NCBI RefSeq assembly: GCF_000829235.1
Contig: NZ_AP012549.1
Location: forward strand, 1,290,001 to 1,322,000
Reading direction: 5' to 3'
Source of the DNA: a cyanobacterium endosymbiont of Epithemia turgida isolate EtSB Lake Yunoko
Lineage (GTDB): Bacteria > Cyanobacteriota > Cyanobacteriia > Cyanobacteriales > Microcystaceae
DNA: 32,000 bases
The notes below the pieces were generated by a model. It made no database searches, was not told the origin of the DNA, and worked only from the letters and a program-made list of their open reading frames with translations. Position 1 is the first letter of the stretch. Every line of letters starts with the position of its first letter. This document shows, in pieces, positions 28,306 to 32,000 of the stretch. A program made the translations under genes and the position numbers.

Positions 28306-30234
28306 TTATCTCTGTCTTGATACTAAGTTGTCTAGAGAGTCATAAAAATCCTCAAAAAATTTTTTTAATCCTTGAGGATCTTTACGACTTATGTAAGGAA
28401 CTTTAATTAAAGTAGTTTTTTGGGGATTGATATCTAGGTAGTTTTCATATTGTTCCTGATTGACTCTTTGCATAATTACTGTCTTGTCTGCCAATGATAA
28501 AACTATTTGATTATTTCGATCATAATGTTCAACTTGATATCCTTCGAGTTCAAGGTAAAAAGTAGTAAATGTCCAAATCCAAGCTTCTGTCGCGAAACTA
28601 TCAGATTTATCCAAATAAATTAAAGTGACATTTGTATCGATTTGTTGAATAACTTGTGCAATTTTACGAGAAAATTTAATAGGTCTATGATAACTATTTA
28701 TTTGTGCTTTTTTTACTTCATTATATCCTTTTAAATATCCTCCAGGGACTCTAATTCCGTCATGAGTATATATATAATTTGGATTAGCTGTAATTTCTAT
28801 AAAAGGAATTCTAGGAACCCACTGTATGGCAACTATTTGTAGGAATAAACTTAAAATAATAAAACTAAATACTAAAGATTTAAATTGATTTTCATCTAGT
28901 TTAGATTTTATTCTTAAAGCAGTTGATGCACAGAACAAAGGTAAAAAAATAATCCCAGGTATTAAATATTTAGGACTAGTTAAATTGGGTAGAGAATAAA
29001 ATAAAGGTAGAACACATAAAATAAGTAAACCTAGCTTCCAATCTTTATTTTTAATTTTTATTAAAACAAAATAAAATAAGCTTATTATTAAAATAATCCA
29101 TATAACTAAATTGGTGACACTAAATAAATTAACTAACGATTGTTGAATTGTCCAAGTGTTAACTCCTTCATGATGACTGTTAGTAATATCAATGATCTTT
29201 CTTGGATTAAAAACATCAGTAACCGAGAAAAATACCAATAAACTCAAACTAGTTAACATATAAATAGAATAAACTTTTAATCTTTGTTCTATTTTAGATT
29301 TTAACGAGTTATCAAATAATATTAAGTACCATAATAATGGTAGAGAAAGTAAAAAATCAAGTCGAAAAAATACTGCTAAAGTTGAGGTCATACCAATTGC
29401 ACAATAACGAAAATTATCCCATGTTTTTTTTGTTTTAATAGGACTTTCTGTCCAAAATAAAAGCAAGATAGCTATGGACATAGGAAACATGGCAAAAACA
29501 GTAGAATTATAGTATAAGCTACAAAATATAATTTCTGGAAAAATAATTAAAAAACAAAAACATAGAATTAAATTTAAACGTCTCCTGGAGAAAGTATAGA
29601 TAGTTATCAATAGGATAGAAATATTAGCTGCACCAATTATTTGAGGAATAAAAAAAAGCAATCTGGGATGGTTAAGCCAAGAATTAAGCCAAAGATTTAG
29701 TTGATAGGTTAAAGGCTGCCAGTAATAGCGATATACTAAGTTTTTACCTTTATGAGAAAAGTTTATAATTCCATCAAGCTGCTCAATATCATCTCCTTCC
29801 CAACCGACACGATCACCAAAAAATAAAAGGAATAACAAAATTGTAATATAAAAAATAAAAATTCCTAATAAAGGATAAGTTTTTAATAACCATTTCTTAC
29901 TTTTAAAAAAATTAATAGTAAGAAATGATAAAGGAAGTATTTTTTTTGTAAGTTGAAAAATTTGTACCAAAAGTAAGCTCAGATAATACCCACTTCCAGC
30001 AATTAGAAAAAATCGTATTGTTCTCAAAAGAGAAGGATGAATATAATTAAGCTGTCCAATTATACCTAGTATTAGGCTTAGAGAAACCGAACTAAAACTA
30101 ACAAGAAAAAATTTATCTCTTCTTAGGTTTAAAAAAAAATAAATATCTCTAAAAAGAGAATGACCTTGATACACTAAAATGGTAAAAATTAATAATATTA
30201 GTCCAAAAATAAAACTTACTATAGGAATTAACAT
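28306..30234 (-). CDS. large polytopic membrane protein with C-terminal soluble domain; possible GT-C-fold glycosyltransferase (unassigned family)
   Basis: 642 uninterrupted codons in very AT-rich sequence, whereas chance ORFs elsewhere in the window top out near 60-70 codons. About 14 hydrophobic segments. Acidic loop 'GDRVGWEGDDIEQLDG' follows a TM helix. A roughly 170-aa hydrophilic C-terminus begins near 'NPNYIYTHDGIRVPGGYL'. Confidence 0.75.
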   Translation of the reverse strand: MLIPIVSFIFGLILLIFTILVYQGHSLFRDIYFFLNLRRDKFFLVSFSSVSLSLILGIIGQLNYIHPSLLRTIRFFLIAGSGYYLSLLLVQIFQLTKKILPLSFLTINFFKSKKWLLKTYPLLGIFIFYITILLFLLFFGDRVGWEGDDIEQLDGIINFSHKGKNLVYRYYWQPLTYQLNLWLNSWLNHPRLLFFIPQIIGAANISILLITIYTFSRRRLNLILCFCFLIIFPEIIFCSLYYNSTVFAMFPMSIAILLLFWTESPIKTKKTWDNFRYCAIGMTSTLAVFFRLDFLLSLPLLWYLILFDNSLKSKIEQRLKVYSIYMLTSLSLLVFFSVTDVFNPRKIIDITNSHHEGVNTWTIQQSLVNLFSVTNLVIWIILIISLFYFVLIKIKNKDWKLGLLILCVLPLFYSLPNLTSPKYLIPGIIFLPLFCASTALRIKSKLDENQFKSLVFSFIILSLFLQIVAIQWVPRIPFIEITANPNYIYTHDGIRVPGGYLKGYNEVKKAQINSYHRPIKFSRKIAQVIQQIDTNVTLIYLDKSDSFATEAWIWTFTTFYLELEGYQVEHYDRNNQIVLSLADKTVIMQRVNQEQYENYLDINPQKTTLIKVPYISRKDPQGLKKFFEDFYDSLDNLVSRQR

Positions 30235-30268
30235 AATCTGTAACAGAACTAATAATAGTCATCAATAC

Positions 30269-31651
30269 TTAATTATTTAGCTTAACCGACTGTATTTGTT
30301 TCCCGACAAAATCTCCAATTTTTCGACCTTCACGAATTGCATAATTAGTTCCTCTATCTTCAGGATAAATTTGGGACATTGTACAAATGTAGAAGTTTTT
30401 TAAGGGAGTTGTTGCCTCAGGAATCAATTGACTATAGTGATTTAAAACAATGGGTTGTGAGTATCGTGCTTTCCAGAGATGATAGTCAATAATCCAGTCA
30501 CGACTGAATTCAGGAAACATTTTTGTTAAATAAGGAATTGAGTAATTTAAAGCTTCTTCATCATTGATGTTATACAGGTTTTCTGTTTCCAGTAAATATT
30601 TAGATAGATAAATAATATGTCGTCCACCATAGGTTTCTTGAGATTCCAAGTTAGTATGTTCAATTACTCCTACAAAAGGAAAATTAGGGTCATTAACATT
30701 AAGCCAATAGGTTTTAGATAAACTGCGATTTAGTTCTAATACCAAACAAACATTAGCTAAATATTGAACTTGTCGAAGTCGGTCAACATATTCAGAACTA
30801 ACGTGAGGAGCAAGCAGATCAGCAATAATCGGTAAAGCAGGGGTCGCAATCACTGCATCGACATTAATGAGTCCCTGTGAGGTTTGAATTGCCACTACAT
30901 AGTCGCTTTTTACTACTAATCCTTGCACAGTTATATTAGTCTTTATTTCACCACCGTTAAGGGAAATTTCAGTCTCTAAACGTTCAGCTAAAGCGGCAAA
31001 TCCTCCGCGATAATAAGCCAACATTTCTCCACCATCTTTATTGCGACTTCCTCCTCGTAACTTAACTTTATTCCAAAACCAAACTGCAGAGATACTCTCA
31101 GCAAACATGCCAAATTTTCCTCTTAGCAAAGGTTCCCAAACTATCTGATAAACTTGTTTGCCACAAATTTTTAATAACCATTTGTGAGCATTAATTGATT
31201 CTAATTTTTTCCAATTTTTAAGGCGACGAACCCAGAGGATAAAAAATCCTAAACGAATTCGATTAAATAAGTGTAAAGGCTTAAATGTTAGTAAATCTAA
31301 GGGAGAACTCAAGTTAAAAAAATTGTTAGCGTAGTAAATTCCTGTGCGAGTGGTACGGTAAGTAACTTGATCTTCAACATTTAGTTCTTTGACTAATTCC
31401 ATTAGATATTTATCATTAGTAAACCAATGATGGTAAAATTTCTCTATTTTTTCTCCATTAACTTCAAAACTTCCTGCTAACCCGCCTACTTCTTTCTCTT
31501 TTTCCAGAACAGTTACTCTATATCCTTGAAGAGTTAATTGGTAAGCGGCTGTTAATCCAGTAAATCCTCCACCAATAATGGCAATATGAGAAGTAATTTT
31601 ATTGCGATTGTTTGAAAAATAGTGATGGTCAATAGATGAGTTGTCTAACAT
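30269..31651 (-). CDS. FAD/NAD(P)-binding oxidoreductase (amine-oxidase / protoporphyrinogen-phytoene desaturase-like superfamily)
   Basis: 460 aa. Rossmann motif 'IAIIGGGFTGLTAAYQL...VTVLEKEKEVGGLAGSF'. The stop is 34 nt upstream of the membrane-protein start on the same strand. Confidence 0.88.
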   Translation of the reverse strand: MLDNSSIDHHYFSNNRNKITSHIAIIGGGFTGLTAAYQLTLQGYRVTVLEKEKEVGGLAGSFEVNGEKIEKFYHHWFTNDKYLMELVKELNVEDQVTYRTTRTGIYYANNFFNLSSPLDLLTFKPLHLFNRIRLGFFILWVRRLKNWKKLESINAHKWLLKICGKQVYQIVWEPLLRGKFGMFAESISAVWFWNKVKLRGGSRNKDGGEMLAYYRGGFAALAERLETEISLNGGEIKTNITVQGLVVKSDYVVAIQTSQGLINVDAVIATPALPIIADLLAPHVSSEYVDRLRQVQYLANVCLVLELNRSLSKTYWLNVNDPNFPFVGVIEHTNLESQETYGGRHIIYLSKYLLETENLYNINDEEALNYSIPYLTKMFPEFSRDWIIDYHLWKARYSQPIVLNHYSQLIPEATTPLKNFYICTMSQIYPEDRGTNYAIREGRKIGDFVGKQIQSVKLNN

Positions 31652-31940
31652 AAAAAAAATTATAAAAGATCATGAATGAGTTATTTAGTTAGTTTTGAGA
31701 TAGTATCTCTCAGTTTTATGAGGTACACTTCAATAGTATGTTTTTTATGTTCTTTAACACTAGAAAGTAGTCTACTCTACGAACGTGGAAACTGACATAT
31801 TAAGACTTAGACTTTAAATATGAACAGTGGCATGAACTAGAACGCTGTTACAACAAACAAGATAGTCATAGCCTTTCCAACAGAATGTTTATTCACCTTC
31901 TAACGTTTACTAAATTAAAGACAATTACTATTGGAAGTTT

Positions 31941-32000
31941 TTATGATTCGGTAATTTTTTTTTCAAAACCTAATCGTTCTCGAACTAAGTATAAAGGACG
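31941..32000 (-). CDS. 3' end of an unidentified gene running off the right edge
   Basis: The minus-strand frame is open from the window edge: 'RPLYLVRERLGFEKKITES*' (stop at 31941-31943). Composition looks protein-like, but only 19 codons are visible. Confidence 0.25.
   Translation of the reverse strand, partial: RPLYLVRERLGFEKKITES

Overview
This is a cyanobacterial chromosomal segment, judged from a group-2 sigma factor, a DUF760 protein, HIP1 GCGATCGC sites, an ABC1-kinase remnant and a typical housekeeping set. It looks like a genome in reductive decay. I call 20 intact protein genes (one doubtful), a 20-codon gene end at the right edge, and one tRNA-Leu(CAA). Together they cover about 17.3 of 32 kb (~54%). 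The genes have ordinary base composition and are separated by six very AT-rich, ORF-poor spacers of 0.9-3.7 kb. Two spacers can still be read as colinear dead genes full of stops and frameshifts: a fused hydantoinase/5-oxoprolinase (17981-21362, +) and an ABC1/UbiB-family kinase (about 22440-23215, -). The other four are too eroded to assign by eye. I see no transposase, integrase, phage gene, CRISPR array or rRNA. The best candidate for an uncharacterised functional module is the minus-strand cluster at 25.7-31.7 kb. It holds an FAD/NAD(P) oxidoreductase, a 642-aa polytopic membrane protein with a GT-C-like layout, a 1.4-kb decayed gap and a zinc-ribbon C-methyltransferase. Three other oddities stand out. 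The M48 peptidase ORF runs 22 nt into the tRNA-Leu gene. There are unusually many long perfect hairpins, several of them inside dead DNA. A/T homopolymer runs of 8-9 nt sit inside intact genes. The overall pattern resembles host-restricted unicellular cyanobacteria such as diatom spheroid bodies, but organism identity is inference and needs a database search. All family assignments rest on motifs read by eye; no search was run.
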